Shown here in pieces: positions 9,934 to 21,352 of a stretch of DNA of 64,000 nt. Source of the stretch: an uncultured Planctomycetaceae bacterium (GTDB lineage: Bacteria; Planctomycetota; Planctomycetia; Planctomycetales; Planctomycetaceae); contig CAWFGE010000005.1 of the NCBI GenBank assembly GCA_963815195.1, forward strand, positions 1 to 64,000, read 5' to 3'. Below the pieces are notes generated by a model that saw only the letters and a list, made by a program, of their open reading frames with translations, was not told the origin of the DNA and ran no database searches. Position numbers and translations under genes: made by a program. Numbering within the stretch: position 1 is the stretch's first letter; every line of letters begins with the position of its first letter.

Positions 9934-10704
9934 ATGATTTACGGTCTTTACCTGTCCGCCCAAGGCGCCCAGAACCAAACCTTGCGGCTGCAAACGATCG
10001 CCAACAACGTCGCCAATGCCGACACCACCGGGTTTAAGCGGGATCTCGCGGTGTTTCAGGATTATCTGCCCTACGATGTCGAGCACGGGTACCCGAACTC
10101 GCCGCCCGGCGATTTGAACAAATCCACAGGCGGGACCAGCATCGCCACGACCCACACCGATTTTACCGAAGGCCCGCTGTACCAGACCGATGTCCCGTTT
10201 GACGTGGCCATCACCGGTCCGGGCTTCTTGCAGGTCCGCCGGGGGCCTGAAACCTTTTTGACCAGAAACGGCGGATTGACCGTGAACGATTTGGGAGAAC
10301 TCGTCACACAGGATCAGGGTTTGCCCGTTTTGAGCACCCGCGGCTCGAGTGTGATCGTGCCCAAAGGAATAAAAACCGTCAATATCGGAACCGACGGCAA
10401 AATCACCGCCGCGAATGCCGAGGGCGAGAACATTGCCTTGGGGCAACTCAACGTCGTAAAGCCGGCTTCGCTGGCGAGTCTCGAAAAGGTCGGCGGCAGC
10501 CTGTATCGATCGAGCGGACAACTTCAACCCGCCGGGCCGGGCGTCCAACTCCGGCAGGGCTATCTGGAAGCGTCGGGCGTCAATCCGATTTCCGAAACGG
10601 TGCAGATGATCGAAACGAGCAGAGCCTTTGAAACCAACATCAACATGATTCGCTTCCAGGACGAGACGCTTTCCCATTTATTGCAATCGATGGCCAAGCG
10701 GTAA
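9934..10704 (+). CDS. flgF: Flagellar basal-body rod protein FlgF
   Basis: IANNVANADTTGFK, GYLEASGVN; position before flgG. Confidence 0.88.
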   Translation: MIYGLYLSAQGAQNQTLRLQTIANNVANADTTGFKRDLAVFQDYLPYDVEHGYPNSPPGDLNKSTGGTSIATTHTDFTEGPLYQTDVPFDVAITGPGFLQVRRGPETFLTRNGGLTVNDLGELVTQDQGLPVLSTRGSSVIVPKGIKTVNIGTDGKITAANAEGENIALGQLNVVKPASLASLEKVGGSLYRSSGQLQPAGPGVQLRQGYLEASGVNPISETVQMIETSRAFETNINMIRFQDETLSHLLQSMAKR

Positions 10705-10764
10705 TGACGGCGACAACATGCCGGACGGCGATTTCCGACGACCGAGGACTTGGGGGGATCACGA

Positions 10765-11565
10765 ATGAGTCTGCAAGCGCTGTATGCCGCGGCGACCGGC
10801 ATGGAGGCGAACCAGTTCAAGCTGGACAACATCGCCAACAACCTCGCCAACGCGGGAACCACCGGCTTCAAACGCCAGCGCGTCAACTTTGAGGACCTGT
10901 ATTACCAGCAGTTCAAGGCCCCCGGGGCTCAGGACTACCTGGGCCAGCTCACGCCCACGGGCATTGCGTTGGGGCTGGGAACCCGCGTGCAAAGCACAGC
11001 CGTCGAGTTCACCGAAGGCAACCTCGTCCCCACAAACCAGCAATACGACATCGCCATCGTGGGCAACGGCTTCTTTCAAGTCCAAGACGGAACGCAAATC
11101 CTCTACACCCGCGCGGGCAATTTTTCCGTCAACGACCAAGGACAACTCGTGCTCCAGTCCGCCGACCGCGGCCGACTGCTCGAACCGCCCATTCAGATTC
11201 CCCAGGACGCCGTCGAAGTCACGATCTCCAGCGACGGCAACGTCAGCGTGCTGCAAGCGGGGCAAACCACGCAAAACCTCATCGGCAACATCACCACGGC
11301 TTACTTCCTCAACCCGCAGGGGCTCTTGCAGAAAGGGGAAAACCTCTACTCTGCCACGAACGCTTCGGGATTTCCCCTGATCGGACAACCGGGCCTCGAA
11401 GGCCGGGGCCTCTTAAGGCAAGGCTTTCTCGAATCCTCCAACGTCGAACCCGTGCAGGAACTTGTCGATCTCATCAAGACCCAGCGAAATTTCGAACTCA
11501 ACAGCCAGGTCGTCCAAGCGGCCGACCAGACCCTGCAACTCACCGCCAACCTCCGGCGGTTCTAA
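10765..11565 (+). CDS. flgG: Flagellar basal-body rod protein FlgG
   Basis: ANNLANAGTTGFKRQRVNFEDLYYQ, YTRAGNF, LESSNV. Confidence 0.95.
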   Translation: MSLQALYAAATGMEANQFKLDNIANNLANAGTTGFKRQRVNFEDLYYQQFKAPGAQDYLGQLTPTGIALGLGTRVQSTAVEFTEGNLVPTNQQYDIAIVGNGFFQVQDGTQILYTRAGNFSVNDQGQLVLQSADRGRLLEPPIQIPQDAVEVTISSDGNVSVLQAGQTTQNLIGNITTAYFLNPQGLLQKGENLYSATNASGFPLIGQPGLEGRGLLRQGFLESSNVEPVQELVDLIKTQRNFELNSQVVQAADQTLQLTANLRRF

Positions 11566-11586
11566 AAACGTAAAGCGAAGAATTTC

Positions 11587-12650
11587 ATGATTCGGCGTCC
11601 GCCAATTCACTTTCTTTTGCCTTGGCTCCTGCTCCTGCTCCTTTCCGCGGAAGGAGTCTGCGGGATGACGGTTCGTTTTTATTCCGACGCGGACGTCTCG
11701 GGACCGATGATCCGCTTGAGCGACGTGGCGGAAGTCAGCGGCGGATCGCCCGAAGACATCGCCAGATACCAAGAAGCCAAGCTCGCTCCAAGCCCTCCGC
11801 GCGGCGGCAAGGTCTATTTGGATTTCGACACGATCCGCAACCGCCTGGCCGCGCTCGGCCTCAAAACGGCGGACGTCAACTTCACCGGCAAAAGCCAAAT
11901 CCGCGTCCGCCATGCAAACAGCGGACCGATTCTCAAAACCGCAGGTTCAAGCATTACCACAGTCTCCCACACCCAGCCGGCCTCCCAGTCCGCCATCCAT
12001 CAAGCCGAGCAAATCGTCATCGCAGCGATCCGCGACACATTGAGGCCTTATTGCAGCGAACCCGATCTGGCGGCGATGGAGATCACCGTCCGCATCGCTT
12101 CCGAAGATGCGGCCAGAATCCTGGGCACGATGCCGGCGGATTGGCGAATCTCCGGCTGGTCGTCCAGGCTGATGCAGCCCCATCAGCTCGTTCTTTCCGC
12201 CGCCGAAACAGGCCGGTGCAAAAACCGGTCGAGATCGCCTGCCGGATCAAACTGCCGCCCAAAGCATTCACTGTCCGCGATCCGCTGCCCATCGGCCAGA
12301 TCGTTCAGGCCTCCGACTTGCTGCCGATCCGCTCCTGGCAATCGAACGTCATCACCCGCATGGAAGACGTTGTGGGCATGGAGACATTGCACAGCCTCAA
12401 TCCCGGCAATCCCATTCAGCAAGCCGACGTCCGCTCAAAACCCTATGTGCGTTCGCGGGACATTGTCAGCGTGTATGTGAAAGTCAACGGGATCACCATC
12501 AAAACACGGATGCGGGCCCTCGCTACGGGGGGGCTTGGCGAAACCATCCCGCTCTCGACGCCCGACGGCAAAGAACGCATCTTTGCCAAGGTCACCGGAT
12601 ACCACGAAGCCGAGGTGACAGACCCGTCGGAGCTTGGATCGAGCCCATAG
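11587..12650 (+). CDS. flgA: P-ring formation chaperone FlgA (frameshift near 12210)
   Basis: Signal peptide; the second frame has a SAF-like C-terminus (VRSRDIV...RALATGGLGETI); lies between flgG and flgH. Confidence 0.8.
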
Positions 12651-12728
12651 CATTTGCAATACATCGTTTCTGGCCGGGGGGCCCGGTCCTAATATCTTAC
12701 TATATAAACAGCGATTGGAACCAGTTCG

Positions 12729-13541
12729 ATGTCACTGTTTCGAGATCAACAACCTTTAACGAAAAGAAGTTGGATCGCATTTTCCGCCCTGGTTCTTGGG
12801 AGCGTTTCCTTGGCGAAGGCTCAACAGTATCCGCCGCCCGGCTATTATCCTCAACAACGCATGCTCCGCCCCGCGCCGCCGGCAACAACTCTCCTTCCGC
12901 CGGGAGCGGCCCAGCAAGCCGTGCCGCCGCCGATTCCTCCCAACCAGTTGCCCGCGCCGCCCGGTTGCTTTATCGATTCGCCGCAGGTTTATGTCGTTCG
13001 CGATTACTCGTGGCATTACATCACGTCGCCCCAACCGCGGGAAATCAAACAGCAAGACATCGTGACGATCGTTGTGAAGGAGATTTCTCAGGTTTCCCTA
13101 AACAACCGGTTTAACAGGCAACGCCGGGGAACCTATCTTGCGCAGCTCAAGGAGTTTATCCGCATCGGCAAAACCGGCAATCTGGAAAACGCCGCCGAAA
13201 ATGAACCGTCGATCAGCGGCAATATGACAAACCGCCTGAATACCACGGGACAAGTGACGGAAAAGGAAGAGATCGTTTACCGCATCGCGGCCACGGTTGT
13301 GGCTGTCCTTCCCAACGGCAACCTCGTCCTCGAAGCGCATAAATACATCCAAACCGATGACGAGATGTGGAGATACACACTGACCGGCATCATTCGAAGC
13401 CAGGATATCAACCGCGACAACACGGCCCTCAGCGAGAACATCGCGAATCTCAATATCACGAAAGATTTGGCAGGCAAAGCCCGCGACAGCACAAAACGCA
13501 ACTGGGGAACAAAACTTTTCGACTGGTTCTTCCCGTTCTAG
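12729..13541 (+). CDS. flgH: Flagellar L-ring protein
   Basis: DIVTIVVKE, VLPNGNLVLEA, LTGIIRSQDI, C-terminal FFPF. Confidence 0.9.
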   Translation: MSLFRDQQPLTKRSWIAFSALVLGSVSLAKAQQYPPPGYYPQQRMLRPAPPATTLLPPGAAQQAVPPPIPPNQLPAPPGCFIDSPQVYVVRDYSWHYITSPQPREIKQQDIVTIVVKEISQVSLNNRFNRQRRGTYLAQLKEFIRIGKTGNLENAAENEPSISGNMTNRLNTTGQVTEKEEIVYRIAATVVAVLPNGNLVLEAHKYIQTDDEMWRYTLTGIIRSQDINRDNTALSENIANLNITKDLAGKARDSTKRNWGTKLFDWFFPF

Positions 13542-13556
13542 TAGATCTCTCACGTT

Positions 13557-14669
13557 ATGACTGACCGCAGTTTCATGCAATTCCCGACTCGACGACTCGC
13601 CTGGACCGGGCTTGGTCTCCTAGGCCTGCTGCTTTACCCCAACGTTCTCCAGGCGCGGGTGAAGTTGGAGAGCATCTGCACGGTCTATGGCCCCGAGGAA
13701 GTCAAGCTCACCGGTTTGGGATTAGTCGTCGGATTGGACGGCACGGGCGACGGCGGCAAGAATCTGCCCGCCATGCGCGCTCTGCAAGCCGTTTTGCAGC
13801 GGATGAATGCCCCGGCGGCTTTAGAGGAACTCAAGAATTCCAACAACGTCGCCGTCGTGTTGATTGAAGCCACCATCCCCCGCACGGGCCTTCGCAAAGG
13901 CCAGCGCGTGGATTGCTATGTCAGCTCGCTGATGGGGGCGAAAAGCCTCCGCGGCGGCCGGCTGCTGGTGTGTCCTTTAACGACCGCCGAGGTCAACGAC
14001 ACCCAAACCCCCGCGATTGCGTCCGGCCCGATTTATATCGAAAACGAGAACGTTCTGACCACGGGAAAGATCCCCGCCGGGACCGTTCTGAAAAGCAACT
14101 TTACATCGAACTTTATCGAATACAAGCGGGGCCGAGGCTACTTTGTGACGCTGATGCTGGACGAGCCGCACTCGACGTTTCATAGCGCGAGCGAAGTCGC
14201 CCGCGTGGTGAATGCCGAGTTTAGTTTTGAAGCCCGCACGAACGAATTGGCTAAAGCCATTAGTCCCGGCGTGATTGAAGTTCAAGTTCCCGACCAATAC
14301 CTCAAGGATCCCGTGCAGTTCTTGTCGCTGCTCTTGAGCGTCGGGATCGATAATCCTCATACCGAAGCCCGCGTGGTGGTGAACGTCAAATCGGGAACCA
14401 TCGTCGTCACAGGGGAAGTGGAAATCAGCCCCGTGGTGATTTCCCATAAAAACCTGTCCGTTCAAGTCGGCAGCCAGGTATTTCCCGAAGACATTCCCCC
14501 CGCCCGATTCGTCCCCTTGCTGGACCGGGACGCCACTCAATCGCCGCAGCGTTTGGACGATTTAATCAAAGCCCTCAATCAACTTCGCGTGCCCACGAGC
14601 GACATCATCGAAATTCTCCGCGAACTCAATCGCACCGGAAAACTGCACGCGATCTATAAGGAATACTAG
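13557..14669 (+). CDS. flgI: Flagellar P-ring protein
   Basis: GLGLVVGLDGTGD, AKSLRGGRL, SGTIVV. Confidence 0.92.
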   Translation: MTDRSFMQFPTRRLAWTGLGLLGLLLYPNVLQARVKLESICTVYGPEEVKLTGLGLVVGLDGTGDGGKNLPAMRALQAVLQRMNAPAALEELKNSNNVAVVLIEATIPRTGLRKGQRVDCYVSSLMGAKSLRGGRLLVCPLTTAEVNDTQTPAIASGPIYIENENVLTTGKIPAGTVLKSNFTSNFIEYKRGRGYFVTLMLDEPHSTFHSASEVARVVNAEFSFEARTNELAKAISPGVIEVQVPDQYLKDPVQFLSLLLSVGIDNPHTEARVVVNVKSGTIVVTGEVEISPVVISHKNLSVQVGSQVFPEDIPPARFVPLLDRDATQSPQRLDDLIKALNQLRVPTSDIIEILRELNRTGKLHAIYKEY

Positions 14670-14917
14670 CGACCGATCTAGAGAAAGATATCCGGTTTTT
14701 ATTCAAGAGTCGTCGTCCAAACACATCTGGAGTACGAAGATTTGTATGTGATGGTGGAAACTCGACAGCCGCCGCTTCGCGGCTTGGGCATGGCGATCGG
14801 GCCATTCGGAATGACACTAAAGCCCTTAGTCCTCGATTGTTCCTCAACGTAAGCTTTATTCTCCCGTGCAATTCAAGTCTCCGACATTACAATCTCTAGC
14901 CCTCGTCACATCCTATT

Positions 14918-15280
14918 ATGATAACTCCGACACAGGTTCCCACCGAATCTCTGCTTTCGACCGGCACGTCCGCTACCCTGGCACATTCGCTTCGCGCGAA
15001 CGCGTCCAAGCCGGGAAATGAACTTAAATCGACGTTTCAGGAGTTTGTGGGCGGCACATTCTACCAGTTGATGCTCAAATCCCTCCACGATATGCACGAT
15101 AAGCCGGCGTATCTGCACGGCGGGCGCGCGGAGGAGATTTTTCAAGGACAACTCGATCAAGAAATGGCCACCCATCTGGCCCAGACGTGCGGCAAATCGT
15201 TCTCAGACAGTTTATATCAGCAATTCCTACTGCAAAGATCTCAAAATCCGTCTACCGGTTTACCGATGAATAGGGAATAG
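14918..15280 (+). CDS. flgJ: Rod-binding FlgJ-like protein (no muramidase domain)
   Basis: FQEFVGGTFYQLMLKSL...GGRAEEIFQGQLDQE. Confidence 0.8.
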   Translation: MITPTQVPTESLLSTGTSATLAHSLRANASKPGNELKSTFQEFVGGTFYQLMLKSLHDMHDKPAYLHGGRAEEIFQGQLDQEMATHLAQTCGKSFSDSLYQQFLLQRSQNPSTGLPMNRE

Positions 15281-15284
15281 GCGA

Positions 15285-15776
15285 ATGGACGAAAGCCTGG
15301 AAAGCCTGCGGTGGCAAATCGAATGCTACTTGTGCGACTATGAGGCGGTTCAAAAGCATTGGACCGAACTCTTGGAGCAGCGGTTCGTTTTATTGGCCCT
15401 CCCGAATCCGGAGGAGTTGATGAAACTCTGCGGCCGAGAGGAAGACATTTCGGGGGCTCTTAAGGAATTGGTGGCGCGCCGATCGGAGCTTTTGGATCAA
15501 GGGAGTCGGCTCGGAATCAGCGCGAGCACTCTCCGCGAGCTTGTTTCCCGCTTGTTTCCCGCGGGCCAATCGATCACGGAGCGGATACAGAACTTGCAGT
15601 TCCATGCCGAGGCGCTGCGCCGCAAGAGTTGGTCGCAGTGGGTGACTTGCCAGAAATCGTTTCTTTACTATGGCCAATTGGTGCAACTGATCGCGAACGG
15701 TGGCCGCAGGTGTTCCTCCTACGGTTCCCACCGCCCCGCTGCGGTCGGCGGCGCCATTGTGGACGCCTCGGTCTAG
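15285..15776 (+). CDS. flgN: FlgN-like export chaperone
   Basis: Helical 163-aa protein between flgJ and flgK. Confidence 0.6.
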   Translation: MDESLESLRWQIECYLCDYEAVQKHWTELLEQRFVLLALPNPEELMKLCGREEDISGALKELVARRSELLDQGSRLGISASTLRELVSRLFPAGQSITERIQNLQFHAEALRRKSWSQWVTCQKSFLYYGQLVQLIANGGRRCSSYGSHRPAAVGGAIVDASV

Positions 15777-15877
15777 GCTCGAACGATTCAATTTTCCTAT
15801 TGTTTGACGATGCCATTCATAGATTTCGGTTGACTATTAGACTTCGTTCCTACGGCTTGTTTGCCGGGGTGATTATT

Positions 15878-17569
15878 ATGGCTCTAAATGCCACGCTCGC
15901 GACGGCGGGCCATTCGTTGGATGTGTTTAGCGCCGGGATCCAAGTCGCCGGCCAGAACGTTTCCAACGCGAGCACTCCCGGCTATATCCGCGAAGAGTTG
16001 CTGCTCGATCCGGGCGCAACTTATCGCAGCGGATCGCTGATCCTCGGCACGGGCGTCGTGGCCACCGGCGTGCAGCAGCAGATCGACCAGTATCTGGAGC
16101 AGCGAATCCACGCGGCAAACGCCGACGTATCCACATCGACCGTGAAGAACAACATTTACAAGCAGCTTGAAGGCGAAATCCAGGAGTTGTCGGACAAGGA
16201 CCTTTCCACCTCCTTTACGAACTTTCTCGATGCGATTCAGAACCTGTCGGCGCAGCCGGAGTCCGCGTCGTCCCGGGACTTGACGATCCAACAGGGAACC
16301 CAGCTCGCGACCGACATTCGCTCGCTGTATCAGCGGGTGGATGACATTCGCCAGTCGCAGACCGACCGCGCGAGCAGCCTCGTGAGTGAAGCCAACGACT
16401 TGATCGGTCAAATCGACAAATTGAATAAACAGATTGTCAAGCTGGAGTCTGCGGGGTTATCCACGAGTGATGCCGGGGCGGCCCGGTCGGAGCGGTATCA
16501 AGCATTATCGAGGCTTTCGGAAATCCTGCCGATTCAATATCGCGAGCAGGCCAACGGTTCTGTCGATGTGTTTACCGATTCCGACTACCTCGTGCTGTCC
16601 GGTTCCACGCAGCAATTACAAGTCGTCGGCACCGGAACGGGCACGGACGGCTATCGCATCGAGCTTTCCAAGACCGGGCATAATATCGCCCGCGCCGGAG
16701 GCGAACTCGCCGGCGTGATTGAAGGCCGGGACAATATCCTCGGCGGGTTTCTCAACAATCTCGATGATTTGACCGGGAACTTGATCTACCAGTTCAATCA
16801 GTTGCACGCCTCAGGAGAGGGACTTAAAGGTTATACATCGATCGTGGCGCAGAACCAGGTGGACGATACGGCGGTCCCTTTGAATCAAAGCTCGCTGCCG
16901 TTTGCACCGACGCATGGAAGCTTTAATGTGAAGATTGTCAACCAGCAGACAGGCCTTGCCGAGACGACGACGATTCCGGTCGACCTGGACGGGATTGGCA
17001 GCGATACGAGTTTGGAAGATTTGCGGTCGGCGTTGGACGCGGTGGGCAATTTGACCGCGACGATCTCTCCGCGAGGCGAGCTGCAACTTCAGACGGCCGC
17101 GGGATACGAAGTCCGCTTTTCGAATGATACGAGCGGGACGCTCGCGGCCTTGGGGATCAATACGTTTTTTACCGGCAAAGATGCGTCGAGCATCGATGTC
17201 TCCAACCTGCTCAAATCCGACAGCGACTATCTCGCCACCGGCCAAGGCGGCGGCCCCTCGGACGGGCGAAACATCAATGGATTTTCCGACTTTCTCGAAC
17301 AGCCCGTGGATGGCCTGGACGGCAAGAGCCTGACGGGGTTCTATCAAGAGACGATTACGCAGCTCGCTCAAGATTCCGCGGGGGAGCAGGCCTTAGAGTC
17401 GGGCCTCGCCACGTTTCGCGATTCCTTGAAGAACCAGCAGCAGCAGTTTACCGGCGTGAGTTTGGACGAAGAAGCTATCAAAGTGTTGGAATTGCAGCGC
17501 GGCTACCAGGCCTCGGCCCGGGTGATCAGCACCGTAAACGAACTTTTAACGACGCTATTGAATATGTAA
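15878..17569 (+). CDS. flgK: Hook-associated protein 1
   Basis: GQNVSNASTPGYIRE, GVSLDEEA...YQASARVI. Confidence 0.93.
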   Translation: MALNATLATAGHSLDVFSAGIQVAGQNVSNASTPGYIREELLLDPGATYRSGSLILGTGVVATGVQQQIDQYLEQRIHAANADVSTSTVKNNIYKQLEGEIQELSDKDLSTSFTNFLDAIQNLSAQPESASSRDLTIQQGTQLATDIRSLYQRVDDIRQSQTDRASSLVSEANDLIGQIDKLNKQIVKLESAGLSTSDAGAARSERYQALSRLSEILPIQYREQANGSVDVFTDSDYLVLSGSTQQLQVVGTGTGTDGYRIELSKTGHNIARAGGELAGVIEGRDNILGGFLNNLDDLTGNLIYQFNQLHASGEGLKGYTSIVAQNQVDDTAVPLNQSSLPFAPTHGSFNVKIVNQQTGLAETTTIPVDLDGIGSDTSLEDLRSALDAVGNLTATISPRGELQLQTAAGYEVRFSNDTSGTLAALGINTFFTGKDASSIDVSNLLKSDSDYLATGQGGGPSDGRNINGFSDFLEQPVDGLDGKSLTGFYQETITQLAQDSAGEQALESGLATFRDSLKNQQQQFTGVSLDEEAIKVLELQRGYQASARVISTVNELLTTLLNM

Positions 17570-17584
17570 TCACAGCGGGTGTTT

Positions 17585-19516
17585 ATGCCTATCGCACCTC
17601 TTTTGCCCGGTCGCATTCCTTCGTCGCTGCTGGCTTCACGATTGCAGCAGGATCTGTTTCGCAACAGCCTGTTGCTGTCGACGCTGCAAGAGCAGGCGGC
17701 GACGGGGCAGAAACTGTTTCTGCCGAGCGATTCGCCCGCGGCCGCGATTCGCTCGTTGGTGAACCAGCGCCAGTTGGAATATCAGGACCAGTATAAAACC
17801 ACGATCAGCACCGACAGCGGGTATCTGAGCGCCAGCGATCAAAGCCTGCAAACGATCTCCGATTTGCTGAACCATACGAAAGCCCTGCTGCTTCAGGGCG
17901 TGGGCGATACGGTGTCGTCCACGGAACGCTCGGCATTGGCGGACGAAGTCTCCTCCATCATTCACGGGGCGGTGAACGCGGCGAACACGACTTACAACGG
18001 CCGCTACCTCTTCGGCGGGAGCCAATCGAGCTTGCCCCCGTTTGAAATCACGGGCGACAACGTCGTGAATTACCAGGGGGACCGGCTGTCGATCGACACT
18101 TTGATCGAGCAGCACCTCCGCGTGGGCAACAGCGTGGACGGGGCGACGGCGTTCGGGGTTTTGAACCCGCTGCCTTCCAAGGACATTGACCCCGCGCTGT
18201 CCGCTGCGACGAAACTCTCGGATCTTTATCAAGGGGCCGGCGTGGAACCGGGTATTGTCGAAGTCACGCTGCAATCGGGGGCGACGGTCCAGAAGGTCTC
18301 GGTTGATCTGTCGTCCGCCCAGACGATCGGCGATGTCCGCACGCGGTTGGAACAGGCCTTCGCGGGAGGGCCGTTGACGCTGGCCGTCGATATCGACCCC
18401 TCGACCAATTCGGGATTGAGGCTCACGCCGTCCGCAGGCACCGTGGCCGTTGCCGATGTCGCCGGCGGCCGAATCGCGGCGGATTTTGGGATTGCCAGCA
18501 CCGGGGCCGCGGTGATCACCGGGGGCGACGTGAATCCGCGGCTCACCGAGCAAACCCGGATCGCCGACCTCAACGGCGGCGCGGGAATCGGCCCGGTCGC
18601 GGGGACCGGATTGCAAATCACGTTGGGCGACGAGGTCAAAACGATCGACCTGTCCTCCGCCGTGACCGTGGAGGATCTCTTCAACGCGATTCGGCAATCC
18701 GGCCTGGCTGTCAATGTGGGCATCAACGACGACGGCACCGGCCTCGCCATTTCCACGCGCGCGAGCGGCGTGGACTTTTCGATCGGCGAAAACGGCGGCG
18801 TCAACGCGACGCAGTTGGGCATTCGCACTTTCACCTCCGACACGCTGCTCTCGGATCTCAATCATGGTCGCGGCGTTCCGGTCGATGACGGCACGCCTTT
18901 GGAAATCACTCGCCGGGACGGTTCGACGGTGCAGATCGACCTCGCAGGCGCGAAAACCGTCCAGGACGTGCTCGATGCCATCAATGCGGTCGATCCCGGC
19001 GTCTTGGCGGCGTCTTTGAATTCGGTCGGGAACGGGATTTCCATCACCGATAACGACGGCGTCAGCACCGGGCCGCTCCAGGTGGCGGAGAATGTCGTCT
19101 CGACCGGGCTCGGAATCAATGGCGAAGAAACGGGCACCGATCCGACCGTGCCTTTGACGGGACGCGACACGAACCCCCAAGAGAGCGGCGGTCTGTTCAA
19201 TATTCTTTCTCGCTTGGAAAACGCCCTGCGGAACGGCGACGATGCGGAGCTGACCCGGCTCGATGGTTTGCTCAATCGAGAGGTCGGGCGGTTCAATCTC
19301 GTGCGGGGCGAGATCGGCAGCCGGTTGCAGAGATTGGACGACGTGAAAAACCGCATCCTGGACCGCGATGTGCTCTTGAAGCAATCGCTTTCGGATGATT
19401 TCGATACGGACCTGACCGAGACGGTCACGCAAGTCTCGCAGGTGCAGACCGCGCTTCAGGCAACGCTCCAGATCGCTTCGCGAACCAGCCAGCTCTCGTT
19501 GCTGTCGTTTCTATGA
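17585..19516 (+). CDS. flgL: Hook-associated protein 3 (long form)
   Basis: ATGQKLFLPSDSP, NGRYLFGG, C-terminal LSLLSFL. Confidence 0.9.
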   Translation: MPIAPLLPGRIPSSLLASRLQQDLFRNSLLLSTLQEQAATGQKLFLPSDSPAAAIRSLVNQRQLEYQDQYKTTISTDSGYLSASDQSLQTISDLLNHTKALLLQGVGDTVSSTERSALADEVSSIIHGAVNAANTTYNGRYLFGGSQSSLPPFEITGDNVVNYQGDRLSIDTLIEQHLRVGNSVDGATAFGVLNPLPSKDIDPALSAATKLSDLYQGAGVEPGIVEVTLQSGATVQKVSVDLSSAQTIGDVRTRLEQAFAGGPLTLAVDIDPSTNSGLRLTPSAGTVAVADVAGGRIAADFGIASTGAAVITGGDVNPRLTEQTRIADLNGGAGIGPVAGTGLQITLGDEVKTIDLSSAVTVEDLFNAIRQSGLAVNVGINDDGTGLAISTRASGVDFSIGENGGVNATQLGIRTFTSDTLLSDLNHGRGVPVDDGTPLEITRRDGSTVQIDLAGAKTVQDVLDAINAVDPGVLAASLNSVGNGISITDNDGVSTGPLQVAENVVSTGLGINGEETGTDPTVPLTGRDTNPQESGGLFNILSRLENALRNGDDAELTRLDGLLNREVGRFNLVRGEIGSRLQRLDDVKNRILDRDVLLKQSLSDDFDTDLTETVTQVSQVQTALQATLQIASRTSQLSLLSFL

Positions 19517-19611
19517 TGTGAACCGGGGCGAGCGCCTTGCGGCTGATGGATGCGACAACTTTCTATGATGTGAACCGGGGCGAGCGCCCTGCGGCTAATG
19601 GATGTGACAAC
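19508..19611. repeat. Two 52-bp tandem copies containing REP-like family B
   Basis: 19508-19559 and 19560-19611 differ at 3 positions. Confidence 0.85.
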
Positions 19612-19632
19612 TTGAGATGCTTCGCGGGATCG

Positions 19633-21352
19633 TTAACTCGCGGTGCGCTGGATGGGACGGTCGAGGGAGTTTTCGGCGGCGAGTTCGTGGAGCAGCTTGC
19701 GGGAAAAGTCCAGGTCGGGTACGAGGCAGGGGTGTTTGTATTGCTCGAAGGCTCCGCCGAGCGTGCGCTGCCGGCTTTCGGCGAACCGCTGCCAGGTGCC
19801 CTCCGGCAAGGGGCACCAGCAGAGCGATTGCAGCCGGCCGGTGCGGCGTTTTTCCTGATATTCGCAGTTGAGTTCCTGGAGGTTTCGGTCGGTGTGGTCG
19901 GCCAATGTCTGGCCGAGCGCGGGCGAGAGGATGTCCCGCTCCTCGCCGAGCAACTGATACCGCGGCGGCTCGTCCCACACCGGACAGACCGTGAAATGCC
20001 GAAGCTGCAAGCGCATCCGCTCCAGGCCGTTTCGCACGGCCTGGACGACTTGCGATTCGGACACCTTCTCGCCCGTGAGGTTCGAGATGTGCGCTCCCTT
20101 GTGCAGGAACTCCAACAGCGGCGTCGTGTGCAAGAATCCGGTGCAGCGGACCACATCGCAGATGTCGTAGCGATACAGCCCCGACGAGGTCGTCAGCAAA
20201 ATGTAATAACTCCGCCCCGCTTCGAGTTCGTGGGCTTCCAAGACGGTGGGGGATTCGGTCTCGTACTCTTCGACCGGAATGAACTCGAAGAAATGGCTGC
20301 TGATGTCCAGAACGCCGTCGCTACAGTTTTCGCGGAGCGGGATCGTCATGCGGCCTTCGCTGGCGGACAGGCCATGATCGCGGATCGGCGTTTCGCCGTA
20401 GTATTTTTTGAGCGAACCCAGATACACCCCCGCGCTCCCGCCGGTCCACACCGCGACGGTCGCGAGTTCCGGCCAATAATCCTTGGGGTGCAAATGCCCG
20501 GTGCGCTCCAGAATGTGTTCCAGTTCGCGGGCCCGCCGGGGGTTCTTTTTGGTGATCCGGCGGCCGAGCCCCATTTTGACCACCGGCGGGATGGGGATGT
20601 TCGTCGTCAGCGTGCCCTCGGCGATGTCGCGGATGAGGTTCGCAGCGTGGCTCTCGGCAAATTGTGCGAGCGAAATCAACGTGCTGGGATTGGCCGTCGT
20701 CACCAGTGCCGCCGACCGCTCGGCGAGAGCCAGGCGGAGCGTCGTGTACTGCTTGCTTTCCGCGTCGGGAATCTTCGCGACCAGCGCGGGCACGGCGTAC
20801 ATCTGGCGGACGATCCGCTTTTGCATCGCGGCGACGAGGCCGCTGATGTTCCCGCAGGGAATCCCGCCGTCTGTGCGGAAGCGGTCGTGATCGCTGCTGA
20901 ACTGCACGATCGACCGGCTGTTGATTTCCGGATGGGCGTCCAGAGTTTCGATGCCCCAAATCTGCCAGCCCCGGCGGTAGTCGTCGAGAAACTGCTGCGT
21001 GATCGGAATGAACTTCGACTGCGATGTGGTCCCGCTGCTGAGCGAGAACATGAGCAGCCGGTTTTTGGGGCCCAGAAGCGCCCCGTGCCGGCCTTGCTTG
21101 AGTTCTTCGATGACGGGCCGGAAGACTTCGTAATCGGACACGGGAAACCGCCCGCGGAAGTCGGCCACGCTTTGGACCGTGTCCAAATGGTGCTGCCTGC
21201 TGAACCCGCTCTCCGCATTGAGGGCCAAGAGCCGTTTGAGCACATCCCGCTGGGTCTCGCGGCAATCTCTCGTGGCGCGGACAAACCGCCGGGCCTGACG
21301 GCGAACCGTCGCCCGAGGCAACGCCCCCACGATTGCGCAAAGTATTCAGCAT
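19633..21352 (-). CDS. GH3 auxin-responsive-family acyl-adenylate ligase (likely frameshift near the start)
   Basis: LSSGTTSQSKFIP, SASEG, GLYRYDICD, GEKVSE. Confidence 0.88.

Noticed and set aside
19508..19611. Tandem repeat as a CRISPR array
   Set aside because: Two adjacent copies with no unique spacers and no cas genes.
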